Source of the DNA: an uncultured Gammaproteobacteria bacterium
GTDB lineage: Bacteria; Patescibacteriota; Microgenomatia; JAMCZE01
Reading direction: 5' to 3'
Assembly: GCA_964576435.1 (NCBI GenBank)
Contig: CAZNUP010000001.1
Coordinates: 378,259 to 442,258, forward strand
DNA length: 64,000 nt
The stretch's first letter is position 1. Every line of letters starts with the position of its first letter. Shown here one piece after another: positions 45,578-54,948 of this stretch. The notes beneath the pieces are model-generated. The model saw nothing but the letters and a program-made list of their open reading frames with translations. It did not search any database and had not been told where the DNA came from. The position numbers were made by a program, and so were the translations under genes.

Positions 45578-46980
45578 TTTTTGGCATTTGGCTTCTTGGT
45601 ACAGTTGTAGTTTTAAGAAGCATAATGTTTGGCGGAATCCCCTTTTGGTTTGACCCAGCAAGAGACATGTTACTCGCTGTAGCCAATCTTTCGAAGTTGA
45701 CTCTTCTAGGTGTGCCAACAGGTATTCCCGGTTTAAACTACGGTCCTTATTGGGTTTGGTTTTTAAGTTTTGCTACCATTTTTTCAAAAGACCCAAGACT
45801 TGCTTCATTTCTAGTTTTAGGGGTTCCTTATCTTTTTATTCTGCCAGCGCTTCTATTTAAATTGCGAGGAACTTTTAAACTTGAAGCCGCATTAGCTATC
45901 TGGTTAATTTTGATTTGTAACTTTGAATCTTATGCGTCATTTATTTGGAATCCGCATCTTGCACCATTTCTATTTTTTCTCCTCTTCTTTATTTCAGTAA
46001 AAGCATTCACAAAAAAAGCGTCATCACCTTTAATCTTCATTGCCTTTGGTTTTGTTGCTGGTTTGATCTTTAATTTTAGTTTCGCTTTTGGAATTGCTGC
46101 CTTTTTTGCTTCATTTATAACTTTAATTTTCTATCGTGTGCATTTGAAAAATTTTGCGGCTTTCATCCTTGGTGCGGGTGTAGCATTTCTACCTACACTA
46201 ATCTTTGAACTAAGACACGGCTTTAATGAGGTTCAAACATTATTTAGAGATGTAACAAACACCCTCTTCTATAACACAGCAATTGTTGGTCAACATGGTC
46301 TTTCTCAAACAAGCATAAAAATGGAACTGATTGGAGTCATTTCTAAAACCTTTGTGATTCCTTGGCAACTTTCTTGTCTGATTTTTGTTCTACTTTTAGC
46401 TTTAGCTTGGAAAAGAAGAAAAGATTTAAAACCAATTCTCCTCCCAGCCCTAACCCTCCTCATATTGGTAGTTATTCTCTTGTCATCAAAAAATCCCGTT
46501 TGGGGATATCACACAATTGGAATTGAAAGCATTCTATTAATTATCACAGGGTATTTAGTAAGCAGGTTTAGGTTTCTGCCAACAATTTTTCTATTTTTTG
46601 CCTGTTTGCTCTTAATTCAAAAACTAATACCAGTAATAAAAGATCCAACTCCAGACTTTACAACATTTTCTTCACTTGCCTCAAAAGAATTGGTTACCAG
46701 AGGAGTTGTTTCTGATGCTGGGAATAACCCATACGCCGTGGCGGCAAGAGACCCCGGAATCTATACCTATGATTTTGACTATCTTTTCTCCTGGTTAGCA
46801 AGTAAAAACAAGCCATCCCCGGTCGGAGAAGTCAAAACTGTCTATTTAATTATTCCAAAAACTGGTAAAGGAGAAGAGTTAGATTTTATTCACTATAAAA
46901 CTCCAGATAGAGACTATAAAACAGTTTGGAGAAAAACATTTCCTGACCAGACATTAGTTATAAAAAGATTTAATGATTAA
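45562..46980 (+). CDS. Polytopic membrane protein, GT-C-like, hypothetical
   Basis: About 12 TM. No named family recognised. Confidence 0.5.
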   Translation: MRKLIIFGIWLLGTVVVLRSIMFGGIPFWFDPARDMLLAVANLSKLTLLGVPTGIPGLNYGPYWVWFLSFATIFSKDPRLASFLVLGVPYLFILPALLFKLRGTFKLEAALAIWLILICNFESYASFIWNPHLAPFLFFLLFFISVKAFTKKASSPLIFIAFGFVAGLIFNFSFAFGIAAFFASFITLIFYRVHLKNFAAFILGAGVAFLPTLIFELRHGFNEVQTLFRDVTNTLFYNTAIVGQHGLSQTSIKMELIGVISKTFVIPWQLSCLIFVLLLALAWKRRKDLKPILLPALTLLILVVILLSSKNPVWGYHTIGIESILLIITGYLVSRFRFLPTIFLFFACLLLIQKLIPVIKDPTPDFTTFSSLASKELVTRGVVSDAGNNPYAVAARDPGIYTYDFDYLFSWLASKNKPSPVGEVKTVYLIIPKTGKGEELDFIHYKTPDRDYKTVWRKTFPDQTLVIKRFND

Positions 46981-47432
46981 ACCTCAAAGTTTTTTACTTT
47001 GACATCTTTTACTAACTTTTTACTCTCTTCAAATCTTAAGTTTGTTATCGCCTCATCAATTTCAAACCACCTTACATCCTTTTGAGTTAATTTTTCATTG
47101 TCAGTCAGTTTAACAGTCTCTTTGTTAACCGGTCCACCGGTTGCTAAAAACCAATAAACGGTTTTTTCTCGCAAAATTCCATCAGCTAGCTTAAAGTGAA
47201 ACTTGCTTATGTCGATTTGTTCCATTATTTTTAAATTTTCTATCCCTGTTTCTTCAATAGTTTCTCGGTATGCTGCCTGTTCGGGCGTCTCTCCACTTTC
47301 TACGGTTCCCTTTGGTAACACCCATCCGAAGTCTTTTTTATTCCATTCTTTGTAGATAAGGAGAACGAGTATTTTGTCTTTGTCTTTTCTTAATACGACA
47401 CAACCAGCCGAAATATAGTGTTTGTCCTTCAT
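46977..47432 (-). CDS. NUDIX hydrolase
   Basis: Nudix box 'GTVESGETPEQAAYRETIEETGI'. Stop codon shares the TTAA at 46977-46980 with the convergent gene. Confidence 0.8.
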   Translation of the reverse strand: MKDKHYISAGCVVLRKDKDKILVLLIYKEWNKKDFGWVLPKGTVESGETPEQAAYRETIEETGIENLKIMEQIDISKFHFKLADGILREKTVYWFLATGGPVNKETVKLTDNEKLTQKDVRWFEIDEAITNLRFEESKKLVKDVKVKNFEV

Positions 47433-47466
47433 ATTTGAATTTTACCTGGTTTTATTCCCAAAAGGG

Positions 47467-47478
47467 TATAATGTACTA
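47467..47478 (+). promoter_or_regulatory. -10 hexamer TATAAT 6 nt upstream of ATG(47479): candidate leaderless promoter
   Basis: GGTATAAT-gtacta-ATG. No Shine-Dalgarno sequence. Confidence 0.35.
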
Positions 47479-49188
47479 ATGTCCTGGAAAAGGGATCTTT
47501 TAGCCCTATTTTTACTCCTAATTTTGAGCGTATTTGCAGTTTTGCCGCTATTCCATGCAGGGTATTTCACAATGCACGACGATCAGCATATCGTTCGCTT
47601 GTTTGAGTTCGATAAAGCACTTCTTGCCGGTCAATTTCCAGTCCGCTGGATAGCAGGCCTTGGTTTTGGCTTTGGATATGCTCTTTTCAACTTTTACCCA
47701 CCCCTTATCTATTATGTTGGAGAATTTTTCCATCTCATAGGTTTTAGCCTTATTGATTCTGTAAAAGCAGTTTGGTTTTTAGCAATTGTCGGATCGGGTT
47801 TTGCCATGTACTTTCTGGCAAAAAATTTCTTCGGTCGTATAGGAGCTCTTGTAGCAGCTCTTTTCTACATGTATGCCCCATATCATGCAGTTGATGCCTA
47901 TGTAAGAGGGGCCTTGGCAGAACTCGCTTCGTTTGTTTGGCTGCCTCTAATTCTCCTCTTTGCAAAAAAAGCAGCAGAAACAGGTAAGTTAAAGTACTCT
48001 CTTTGGACTGGGATTTTTCTTGGCCTTTTAATGCTTACCCATAACCTAATTTTCCTTCCATTCTTTGGTCTTTCGGTTTTGTGGTTTGGTGCGATGGTCT
48101 TAATTTATAAAACCAAATTAAAAACCGCTATTGGCCTTTTTTTATTATCCACAGTTTTATGTTTTGGATTAACTGCATTTTTCTGGCTGCCAAGCCTTTG
48201 GGAAAAACAGTTCACTTTAGTTGATAGTCTGCTTATTAAAAATCTAGCCTCATATAACATTCACTTTGTATGCCCAAGTCAGTTGTGGGACAGCCTGTGG
48301 GGATTTGGTGGTTCAATTCCAGGTTGTGTCGATGGTTTATCCTTTAAGATTGGCAAGCTTCATATTCTTGTATCAATTGCGGCAGCTTTTGTTGCCATCT
48401 ATCTTTGGATAAAAAACCAACGCAAGCTATCTTTAGTTGTTTTAACCGGATTGATGCTTTTATCTTTTAGCATTTTTATGACTACCAACTATTCCAAATT
48501 TATTTGGGATAATATTTCACTTTTGTGGTATCTCCAGTTTCCGTGGAGATTCCTAGAATTTGTCACTCTATTTTCATCTTTTTTGGTTGCCAGCCTTTTT
48601 ATTGTCTTGCCAAATAAATACGCCAAGGCAGGATTAGGAGCTTTCCTTATTGCCTTACTGTTTTTTGTAAATCTAAAACTTTTTGTCCCCCAACAATATT
48701 TGGAAGACGCTACAGATAAAAAGTTAACAACTAATGAAGAAATCAAGTGGCGAGTGAGTGGAACCTCATTTGAGTATATGCCAAAAGGTGTTGCTACTAA
48801 GCTAACTGACAAAGGAGCTGTTTGGGTAGACATCGAAAAAGAACAGATTCCAAACCTACCATATAAGACAACTCTCAGCACCACTTCACAAAAGTTTACC
48901 CCCTCAAGTTTTACTTTCATAACGGACAACTTGAACGCTGGTACAGTTCAAATTCAAACCACTAACTTCCCAGGATGGAAAGTTTGGATTGACGGAAAAG
49001 AAGTAAAGATTACTGACAACAATAAATATAAATTGATCACGATATCTGTTCCAGCTGGAAACCATGAAGTTGTTGGTAAATTTGAAAATACAAATGTTCG
49101 AACGCTTGGCGATTCAATTACCCTAATTACACTTTTTGCGCTTATAATTTTTACAGTATTTAACCTATGGAAATTGAAGAAACAGTAA
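47479..49188 (+). CDS. Polytopic membrane protein ('GQFPVRW' family), GT-C-like, paralogue B (alternative start 47422)
   Basis: 'FEFDKALLAGQFPVRWIAGLGFGFGYALFNFYPPLIYY' is paralogous to the 44183 gene. C-terminal 'FPGWKVWIDGKEVKI'. Confidence 0.6.
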   Translation: MSWKRDLLALFLLLILSVFAVLPLFHAGYFTMHDDQHIVRLFEFDKALLAGQFPVRWIAGLGFGFGYALFNFYPPLIYYVGEFFHLIGFSLIDSVKAVWFLAIVGSGFAMYFLAKNFFGRIGALVAALFYMYAPYHAVDAYVRGALAELASFVWLPLILLFAKKAAETGKLKYSLWTGIFLGLLMLTHNLIFLPFFGLSVLWFGAMVLIYKTKLKTAIGLFLLSTVLCFGLTAFFWLPSLWEKQFTLVDSLLIKNLASYNIHFVCPSQLWDSLWGFGGSIPGCVDGLSFKIGKLHILVSIAAAFVAIYLWIKNQRKLSLVVLTGLMLLSFSIFMTTNYSKFIWDNISLLWYLQFPWRFLEFVTLFSSFLVASLFIVLPNKYAKAGLGAFLIALLFFVNLKLFVPQQYLEDATDKKLTTNEEIKWRVSGTSFEYMPKGVATKLTDKGAVWVDIEKEQIPNLPYKTTLSTTSQKFTPSSFTFITDNLNAGTVQIQTTNFPGWKVWIDGKEVKITDNNKYKLITISVPAGNHEVVGKFENTNVRTLGDSITLITLFALIIFTVFNLWKLKKQ

Positions 49189-50651
49189 ATAAAACAATTC
49201 GAAGCATTGTAGCCTTAATGGGTAGGTCAATTTTTTTGCAGCTTATAAATTTCGTTGCTTTCTTCTTTCTTGGGATTTTCCTAACCCCAAGTGCATTCGG
49301 TGCCTTCATTGTTGTTGCTGCATTAATGAAAATATTCACTCTTTTTACAGACGTTGGTTTGGGTGCTGCTTTAATTCAACAAAAAGACGAACCGTCAAAA
49401 GAAGAACTGTCAACGGCTTTTGTCATTCAAATGGCCCTAGTCATTACAGTTGTTGCCATAGGACTAATTCTGACACCAGTTGTAGCTTCATATGCTAAAT
49501 TAACTAGTCCCGAAGTAGTTCTCTATCAAGTTCTTCTTGTTGTCTTAATTATTTCCTCCCTCAAAACCATTCCTTCAATCCTCATGGAAAGGCGCCTAGC
49601 CTTTGATAAACAGATTATTCCTCAAATTGTGGAATCAATTGTTTTTAATACTATTGTTGTAGTCCTGGCTTTTAAAGGGTTTGAAGTTGCCTCCTATTCC
49701 TACGCAATTCTAATTTCCGCTTTGATTGGCCTCCCTATTTATTATTTAGTTTCACCCTGGAGAATATCTCTCAAATTTTCAAAGAATCTTGCGGGCAAGC
49801 TTTTCTCATATGGTATCTTTTTCCAAGGAAAAAGTACTCTAGCTGTCATCAAAGACGACCTTTTAATATTCGTGGTCTCAGGAATTGTTGGCACGTCGGG
49901 TATCGGTTTTTGGGGATGGGCTCAGAGATGGAGTTATTTCCCCTTTAGGTTTACGGTTGATTCGATAACTAAAGTCACTTTCCCAGCCTATTCGAGAGTC
50001 CAGCATGACAAAAACGCCCTAAGAGTTGGCATCGAGAAGTCTCTTTTAGCAACCAGTCTTATATTATTCCCAATTATTGTCCTTATGATGACCCACATCC
50101 AAAGATTCATCGAACTCATCCCAAAATACATTAAATGGGAGCCAGCCTTACCATCATTTTATTTACTCTGTCTAACAGCCTGCATAGCTGCCCTCTCAAG
50201 TATCCTTATAAATGCACTGGACGCTACAGGAAGAGTCAAGACGACACTTGGACTAATGGTCTTTTGGATAATTTTGACTTGGGGATTAACTCTAAGTTTG
50301 ACTTACAAAATTGGTTTTACTGGAATTGCTCTTGCTTCATTTTTAGTATCTCTAACGATCGTCTTAACTATCTATATAGTTAAAAGAGTTGTAGATTTCA
50401 CTTTCTTTAAAAATATTATCCATGCAATAATTGGATCGGTTGCAATTGCTGTTGTGGTAATCCCAGTTACCAAACTCTTACCAAATAACCTCATAACCTT
50501 TGCCCTAACACTTGGCCTAGGCTGTATAATTTATGGAATCGTGATTTACCTAATTGCTGGAAATGAACTTCGCGATAATTTAAAGATTGTAATTGGTGCC
50601 TTTAAAAAGCCTGCAGCTATAGAAAAACCAGACGAAGAAATTTATGACTAA
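49167..50651 (+). CDS. Wzx-like polysaccharide/oligosaccharide flippase (MOP superfamily)
   Basis: About 14 TM. 'GAALIQQKDEPSKEELSTAF' loop and overall Wzx/MATE-like topology. Confidence 0.7.
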   Translation: MEIEETVNKTIRSIVALMGRSIFLQLINFVAFFFLGIFLTPSAFGAFIVVAALMKIFTLFTDVGLGAALIQQKDEPSKEELSTAFVIQMALVITVVAIGLILTPVVASYAKLTSPEVVLYQVLLVVLIISSLKTIPSILMERRLAFDKQIIPQIVESIVFNTIVVVLAFKGFEVASYSYAILISALIGLPIYYLVSPWRISLKFSKNLAGKLFSYGIFFQGKSTLAVIKDDLLIFVVSGIVGTSGIGFWGWAQRWSYFPFRFTVDSITKVTFPAYSRVQHDKNALRVGIEKSLLATSLILFPIIVLMMTHIQRFIELIPKYIKWEPALPSFYLLCLTACIAALSSILINALDATGRVKTTLGLMVFWIILTWGLTLSLTYKIGFTGIALASFLVSLTIVLTIYIVKRVVDFTFFKNIIHAIIGSVAIAVVVIPVTKLLPNNLITFALTLGLGCIIYGIVIYLIAGNELRDNLKIVIGAFKKPAAIEKPDEEIYD

Positions 50652-51537
50652 GTTGTCAGTTGCTATTGCTACATATAACGAAGAAAAAAACATTGAAAGA
50701 TGCCTAAAGTCAGTTAGCTTTGCTGATGAAATTGTAGTAGTTGATGAATCTTCAATTGATAAAACTGCAGAAATTGCTAAGATGCTTGGTGCAAAAGTCT
50801 TTAAAGTAAAAAAGGAAGAGAATTTTCATAATACAAAACAAACTGCGATTGAAAAATGCACATCTGATTGGATTCTTGTAATGGACGCGGATGAAGAAGT
50901 GTCAAAAGAACTTAAGTCCGAAATCCAAGCAACCATAGAATCAAATACTGACTTTAGTGGTTTCGAAATCCCAAGAAGAAACAAAATTTTCGGCAAGTGG
51001 TTTGGTCACACTGGTTTTTATCCGGATTACCAAGTAAGACTATTTAAAAAAGGCAAAGGTAAACAACCTGGAAAAAGTTTTCATGAAATGATTGAAGTAA
51101 GTGGTGACAGGGGCAAATTGACGAACGACTTACTTCACTATCACTACACTTCAATTGACCAGTTTGTAACAAGATTAAATAGATATACAACAAATGATGC
51201 GAATTATTTGCTTTCTAAAGGAGAAAAGGTAGTTTGGTCAGACAGTATAAAATTCCCAACTGATGAATTTCTTAAAAGATTCTTTTTCTGGGAGGGTTAC
51301 AAAGACGGACTTCATGGTTTAATGTTATCTTTATTGCAAGCATTAAGTAGGGCAGTCGTTTTTGCAAAAATGTGGGAAGCACAAGGCTTTTTTGAATATC
51401 AAGGATCAGACTTCTTGGGAGATGTTAAGATGGAAGGCCAGAAAGTTAAAGCAGATTTAGATCACTACTTAATTCAAACCACAAAAAACCCCGCCAAGAA
51501 ACTTTCATTAAAATTAAAAAGAAAATTAAACATTTAA
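50644..51537 (+). CDS. GT2 glycosyltransferase (WaaE/KdtX-like subgroup)
   Basis: 'LSVAIATYNEEKNIERCLKSV', 'VMDADEEV', C-terminal 'GYKDGLHGLMLSLLQA...AKMWE'. Confidence 0.8.
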   Translation: MTKLSVAIATYNEEKNIERCLKSVSFADEIVVVDESSIDKTAEIAKMLGAKVFKVKKEENFHNTKQTAIEKCTSDWILVMDADEEVSKELKSEIQATIESNTDFSGFEIPRRNKIFGKWFGHTGFYPDYQVRLFKKGKGKQPGKSFHEMIEVSGDRGKLTNDLLHYHYTSIDQFVTRLNRYTTNDANYLLSKGEKVVWSDSIKFPTDEFLKRFFFWEGYKDGLHGLMLSLLQALSRAVVFAKMWEAQGFFEYQGSDFLGDVKMEGQKVKADLDHYLIQTTKNPAKKLSLKLKRKLNI

Positions 51538-51572
51538 CTTCCAATTTAGTAGCAGCCATTGGGACCTGCCTA

Positions 51573-53123
51573 GTGGTTTTTTTTCAAACCCGTTTTCTAG
51601 TAGCAAGCGGTCTGCGTGACGTATCTGGAAACTTAGTTTTCCATGGTATTGTTCTTTTCAGGGATAGCTCAATCCATTTAGCCCTAATTACTGAGCTTTT
51701 GAAATCATTCCCCCCTAAAAATTTCACATATACAGCTCTTGGAATTGAACCATTAAAAAACTATCATTTTCTCTACGACATAATCCTAGCAAGCCTAATT
51801 AAAATAACAGGTTTAAATATTAATTTTGTCTATTTTCAACTTGCCCCTGTTATTATCTCTTTCCTTCTTTGCCTGACAATCTATATAACAACCTTAAAGC
51901 TTAGTAAAAATCGTTGGGCCGCAGCCCTTTCAATTTTCTTTGTAGTTTTTGGAACTGGTGTAAGTCAGATCCCTAATCAGTTCATGGCCGATCAGATTTT
52001 GAGTAACCTCGTAAATCCTCATGGTGGACTAAGTTTGGCTCTTTTTTTAACTCTTTTCCTTTTACTTTTCTCATATGAGAAGGGAAATAAAAAAGCTTTA
52101 ATTTTTTATGCACCACTTCTGGCTCTATCATTCTCTTTAAAAGCTTATGGGGGAATAGTTTTTGCCGGTGGTGCAGTTGTAGCCGCACTTGGCTTTTATA
52201 TCTTAAAAAAAGATAGGCTAATGCCATTAGTCACTCTTTGTTCGCTCTTTGGCATGGCAGCGCTTATCTTCCTCACGATTGACAACAAAGCAGCTGGCCT
52301 ATCCTTTGCCCCACTTTGGACACTAAATCATTTGGCAGCTGATTCAGATAAACTGAATAATCCAAGTTTCCTTACAGGTTCAATTGTTAAGCTTATTCCA
52401 GCTTACTTTTTAGTTTTTGCAGTCTATTTGTGCGGCAATTTGGGGATTAGGATACTTGGATTCTTCGCAATTTTTGAAAAGATAAAAAAACCTTCTAAAA
52501 TCTCCCCTGCCTTTCTCTTTCTTTTGTCAGTGGCTCTTGCCTCACTAACAATTCCTCTAGTTTTTAACCAGGGTAAAAAGGCCTATGACATAATCCAATT
52601 CACTTCTTATTTCCTGCTCTTTATGGGAATTATGTTCTCAGTAGCTCTATTTGATTTATTGCCAAAGCTAAAATTCAAATTTCTTCAAATACTCATTGTG
52701 GTACTCACAATCCTATTTTTAGTTTTTATGAATTGGCCAAAAATGACAGGATCTGTGGAAAAGGTTGTCATAAGTAAAAATCTTGTCACGGCTGGAGATT
52801 TTATTCAAAAAAATTCCGAGCCTTATGCAATTTTCCTCCTGGCACCGACTGACTTTAATCTAGAATCAAACTGGTTTAACTATTTGTCAGCAAGAAGAAC
52901 CGTCTATTCTGGTTGGCGTATGGCAGATCAGATAGGAGTTCCTAAAGACTCTGGGGTTAAACTTATAACAACTGTGTTTGATTGCAAGAATAAGGAAGTA
53001 AAGTTTGACCTCGTCTTCCTAGAAGACAAAGATCGTCAGATGTTTGATAGAATTAATAGGTGCTATAAATTCACGGAGTGGTATAACAAAGATAAGGTAT
53101 TAATTTTGAAAAGAAAATCATGA
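51573..53123 (+). CDS. Polytopic membrane protein, GT-C/O-antigen-polymerase-like, hypothetical
   Basis: About 13 TM. No named family. Confidence 0.5.
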   Translation: MVFFQTRFLVASGLRDVSGNLVFHGIVLFRDSSIHLALITELLKSFPPKNFTYTALGIEPLKNYHFLYDIILASLIKITGLNINFVYFQLAPVIISFLLCLTIYITTLKLSKNRWAAALSIFFVVFGTGVSQIPNQFMADQILSNLVNPHGGLSLALFLTLFLLLFSYEKGNKKALIFYAPLLALSFSLKAYGGIVFAGGAVVAALGFYILKKDRLMPLVTLCSLFGMAALIFLTIDNKAAGLSFAPLWTLNHLAADSDKLNNPSFLTGSIVKLIPAYFLVFAVYLCGNLGIRILGFFAIFEKIKKPSKISPAFLFLLSVALASLTIPLVFNQGKKAYDIIQFTSYFLLFMGIMFSVALFDLLPKLKFKFLQILIVVLTILFLVFMNWPKMTGSVEKVVISKNLVTAGDFIQKNSEPYAIFLLAPTDFNLESNWFNYLSARRTVYSGWRMADQIGVPKDSGVKLITTVFDCKNKEVKFDLVFLEDKDRQMFDRINRCYKFTEWYNKDKVLILKRKS

Positions 53124-53920
53124 TTTCAGCAGTTGTATTCACAAAAGATGGAGACGAGGAAATAATTGAACCTTGTCTAAAGACAGTCGCTTGGGCAGAT
53201 GAAGTGATAGTTATTGAAGACAATGCCTCTCCCAAACTTATGGTACTTCTTAAAAAATATGCGACAAAGATTGAAACGAGTAAAACCAGTGACTTTGCTA
53301 AAAGACATAATCAGGGTCAAGAACTAGCTAAAGGAGATTGGATTTTATATGTCGATTCTGATGAAAGAGTTTCCAAAGAACTTCAAAACCAAATTACAAA
53401 AGAACTAGAATCCCCTAAAGCAGATGCCTACGAGGTAAATAGAGTTAATTATTTCCTAGGCAAAAAAGTTCGCTACGGTGATAGATACCCTGACTATGTG
53501 ACTAGGCTATTTAAGAAGGCCAATCTTAAAGGTTGGACAGGGGAAATTCATGAATCGTCCCATGTTGAGGGGAGTATTGGCAAGTTAACTGGTCCACTGT
53601 ATCACTTAACTCACACCAATATATTTTCCATGATGGCAAAAACCAAAGACTATGCAGAAACAGAAGCTAAATTGAGGCTAGCAGCTAACCACCCTCCAGT
53701 TGTCGGATGGCGATTAGTTAGGGTTTTTGTGACTGAATTTTTCCATAGAATTTTTGGGCTGCAAGGATATAGACAAGGCACCGAAGGTTGGATTGATGGA
53801 ATATTCCAAGCATTTTCCATGTTTATTGTTTACGCGAGACTTTGGGAGATGCAAAGAAAGGAAACTTTAAAAGAAACCTACAAAGACATCGACAAAAAGA
53901 TCTTGGAGGAATGGTCATGA
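53120..53920 (+). CDS. GT2 glycosyltransferase (WaaE/KdtX-like), paralogue of 50644
   Basis: 'ISAVVFTKDGDEEIIEPCLKTVAWADEVIVIED', 'VDSDERV', C-terminal 'GYRQGTEGWIDGIFQA...ARLWE'. Confidence 0.8.
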   Translation: MISAVVFTKDGDEEIIEPCLKTVAWADEVIVIEDNASPKLMVLLKKYATKIETSKTSDFAKRHNQGQELAKGDWILYVDSDERVSKELQNQITKELESPKADAYEVNRVNYFLGKKVRYGDRYPDYVTRLFKKANLKGWTGEIHESSHVEGSIGKLTGPLYHLTHTNIFSMMAKTKDYAETEAKLRLAANHPPVVGWRLVRVFVTEFFHRIFGLQGYRQGTEGWIDGIFQAFSMFIVYARLWEMQRKETLKETYKDIDKKILEEWS

Positions 53921-54948
53921 AAGTTGGCATCTATAGCCCGTATTTAGATAGCCTTGGAGGTGGGGAACGCTACATTTTGACAATAGCGGAATTTTTTCTA
54001 AAAAAAGGTGACACGGTCGATATTTTTTGGAATAAATCAGGAGATCTTATAGACATGGGCAAGCGTTTTGGTTTGGATCTTCGCGGCGGAAAATTTGTTA
54101 GTAATCCGTTTTCCAAAAATCTTCTTGAGAAAATAAAGATTACACAAAGTTATGATTTAGTTGTTGCTCTCTCTGATGGAAGCATTCCTTTATCTTTCGG
54201 TAAAAAAAACTGGCTACACCTTCAAGTCCCCTTCCAAAAATCTAATAGACCAAAAACAATCGACAAGCTTAAATTTAAGTTTTATGAGCACATAATATGT
54301 AATTCAAATTTTACAAAAAAAGTGATCGACAAGACTTATGGCATAAATAGTACCGTTGTTTATCCACCTGTTGACGTAGAAGTATTTAAAAAAGGGAAAA
54401 AAGAAAATTTAATTATTTCTGTAGGCAGATTCGCCGCCTCTAAAAAGCAACAAGATTTAATTAAAGCATTTAAAAAGCTAAATACTTGGAAACTTATTTT
54501 TTTAGGGTCCCACACTCCAGATGTTTCTTTAGATATGGATAAACTTAGATCAAACGCCAAGGGCTTTAAAATTGAATTCAAGTTAAATGTCTCGTATGAC
54601 GTCCTTAAGGAAAGTTTTGAACAAGCCTCAATTTATTGGCATGGGGCTGGTTTTGGTGAGGATTTAAATGCGCATCCAGAAAATGCTGAACATTTTGGCA
54701 TTACAACCGTTGAGGCAATGAGCGCAGGATGTGTCCCCGTTGTTTTTGGGGGTGGTGGACAGTTGGAAATTATTGAAGAAGGTAAAACTGGATTCTTTTG
54801 GCAAACACAAGATGAATTAATTGAAAAGACGAGTAAATTAATTACTGATCCTAAACTTAGAGAAAAAGTTGCCGGAGAAGCTGTTTTAGCTTCCAAAAAA
54901 TTCAGTAAACAAAATTTCTATAATGCCCTAGAAAAACTTTTAATATGA
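53917..54948 (+). CDS. GT4 (GT-B) glycosyltransferase
   Basis: ATGA-coupled start. The C-terminus 'FGITTVEAMSAGCVPVV...GGGQLEII' carries the EX7E-type motif region of GT4. Confidence 0.8.
   Translation: MKVGIYSPYLDSLGGGERYILTIAEFFLKKGDTVDIFWNKSGDLIDMGKRFGLDLRGGKFVSNPFSKNLLEKIKITQSYDLVVALSDGSIPLSFGKKNWLHLQVPFQKSNRPKTIDKLKFKFYEHIICNSNFTKKVIDKTYGINSTVVYPPVDVEVFKKGKKENLIISVGRFAASKKQQDLIKAFKKLNTWKLIFLGSHTPDVSLDMDKLRSNAKGFKIEFKLNVSYDVLKESFEQASIYWHGAGFGEDLNAHPENAEHFGITTVEAMSAGCVPVVFGGGGQLEIIEEGKTGFFWQTQDELIEKTSKLITDPKLREKVAGEAVLASKKFSKQNFYNALEKLLI

Noticed and set aside
53842-53916. Upstream extension of the GT4 gene (ORF-track start at 53842)
   Set aside because: It overlaps the upstream GT2 by 79 nt. 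The ATGA-coupled ATG at 53917 gives the typical 'MKVGIYSPY' GT4 N-terminus.
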